Shown here: positions 62,415 through 64,000 of the stretch, one piece after another
How positions within the stretch are numbered: the first letter of the stretch is position 1
How the letters are laid out: every line of letters begins with the position of its first letter
DNA from: Lama glama
Lineage: Eukaryota
Direction: 5' to 3'
Assembly: GCA_028534125.1 (NCBI GenBank)
Contig: CM052816.1
Span: 38,194,001-38,258,000 of the forward strand
Length of the DNA stretch: 64,000 nucleotides
Translations under genes and position numbers: made by a program
Notes under the pieces: generated by a model
What the model was told of the DNA's origin: nothing
The model's input: only the letters and a program-made list of their open reading frames with translations
Databases searched by the model: none

Positions 62415-64000
62415 ATGAGCTAGACATATATCACTTCAAAAAGAAAAAATATATAGTTTCATGTAGTTGAAGACTGACAAGCTGACTCACGAAAAATATT
62501 TTTTTATTTTAACTTCATAAAATCTTTAGATATTTTATATTGTGCACATATCTCAAAGAGTTACATAGTTTTTCAAATAATGTAATGTCATTGTTGATGT
62601 CTGTCTCAAACTATTTTACTACTCATCAAATATTTAACAAAATATGTAAGTTTGAAATTCTTTTTATTTGTAGAAGGGATCTAGTCTAAGCTTTTACTTA
62701 AAGACTATCTGTTGGATACACTGGTTTTCTAGAAATCAATAGTAGTCCACCAAGAGGGTCAATTTGTCAGTCAGATCATCTAGGTTTCAGAGAAAGCATG
62801 AATTTACAGTATGCTTTCTCAGATTTCATAGGAGACTGCATACGTAATTGGAGAAGTGGAGCTACTATGTTAAAAAATATTACCTTTAGTTAATTTTTCA
62901 TAGGATACTTTTTATTATCATGAATACTTGAAAAAAATCTTATTGCCTTTTACACATCTACATAGTACTACATTTCTTTGTATTTTAAAATGAGTAAATG
63001 CCAGTTTGGGGGTGTGCTTATTTATTGGTTTTACAATAAATAGTAGAAAGGCAAAGATAGTGGTAGCTTATTTTTTTGATACAAAATTAAGAAGCATACT
63101 TCTATGTAAATGCTCAGGATAGTCTGTGTATTACAGTGATTAATACTGTACACATAATCAAGTTGACCTCTGGCTACAGGGGAAACATCATTCAGATTTT
63201 AAGGCTTATACTTATTTTTTCTAAAATATAAATATTAAGAAGTGCCAGGAAATATAAAATACAAATTATATAATAAACCATATTATTATGTTAATATATT
63301 TTAAGGAAAAAAAAGGCAAGGGCAAACATGTTTGAGAAATTAACAGCAAAGGAGAAAGTTTACTCAGCTCTAACCCAAGTTTTAATTAAAGCCATGATTG
63401 ATGACAAATGCCATCTTGCAATGTGACCTCTAGAAAGATCTACAGCTGTTGAATCAATTGTGAAGATGGTCTCCACTCTTTTCAAAGTAAAACACAAAGA
63501 AGATAAATCACACTTAAAATTATTAATCACATAAACATGTTATTAATGATATGGAAATCCGGAGACAGGCAAAAAAGTAGTCCTAAAAAATGAAGCAAAG
63601 GAGTTTTGGGGATGCTTTATTTGGGAAGCCATAATTTCCAGATTATTAACTTATTCATTTAAAAAGAACTTTTCACTGCATTAATCCCATTTAAACTTAG
63701 ATGGAAACACTGAGCAGAGATGAAGCTCTATTAGCTGCACAATGTGAATCAAATGGGACTACAGACAGGGCTGGAGATAAAAAATAGGGCTGTAAGCAGA
63801 CTTTCAAAAGACATCATTAGCCAATAAATAGCGAGTTAGGAGGGTATTTGAGCTCCAGAAAGTCCTTATCCACCAAGAGTGGTTGTATCCATACTTACAC
63901 ACGATTAAGTTTTTAAAAGAAAGCAAGTGATTGGATTAGAATCACAAAAAGGGGGGAAAAACAACTACAAGAAGGGCTCATAGTGTTTTGACATTGTTGA

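Noticed and set aside
62884..62926. Minus-strand segment ending AAG|gtaata
   Set aside because: Weak AAG acceptor and stops in all frames.
1..64000. CRISPR arrays, tRNA/rRNA genes, operon-like or prokaryotic systems
   Set aside because: No regularly spaced repeat-spacer arrays, RNA gene signatures or long ORFs seen; the window is mammalian intronic DNA.

Overview
AT-rich, CpG-depleted mammalian genomic DNA, most likely from a camelid. The basis is three copies of an artiodactyl-type L1 3' UTR, with no ruminant Bov-tA/BovB, pig PRE-1 or cetacean CHR SINEs seen. The window is almost entirely intronic sequence of a large minus-strand gene. The one coding piece I can support is a 79-nt ATG-to-donor segment at 5503-5581 (-), MVSSGTLCHIRFFSVRQSYACINTIP|phase 1. 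From memory (not a search) it matches the N-terminal extension of the long MGAT4C isoform, so the window probably covers MGAT4C 5' introns, with the main coding exons left of position 1. About 620 bp upstream of that ATG is a compact GC-box/CCAAT/palindromic E-box cluster. Several short minus-strand segments have plausible splice sites and are unverified 5'-UTR or micro-exon candidates. The rest is interspersed repeats (L1, L2, MIR, MaLR/ERV LTRs, MER44, MER20), microsatellites and a few local duplications. Repeat boundaries and subfamily names are by eye and approximate. There are no prokaryotic features or CRISPR arrays, and I found no clearly novel system.
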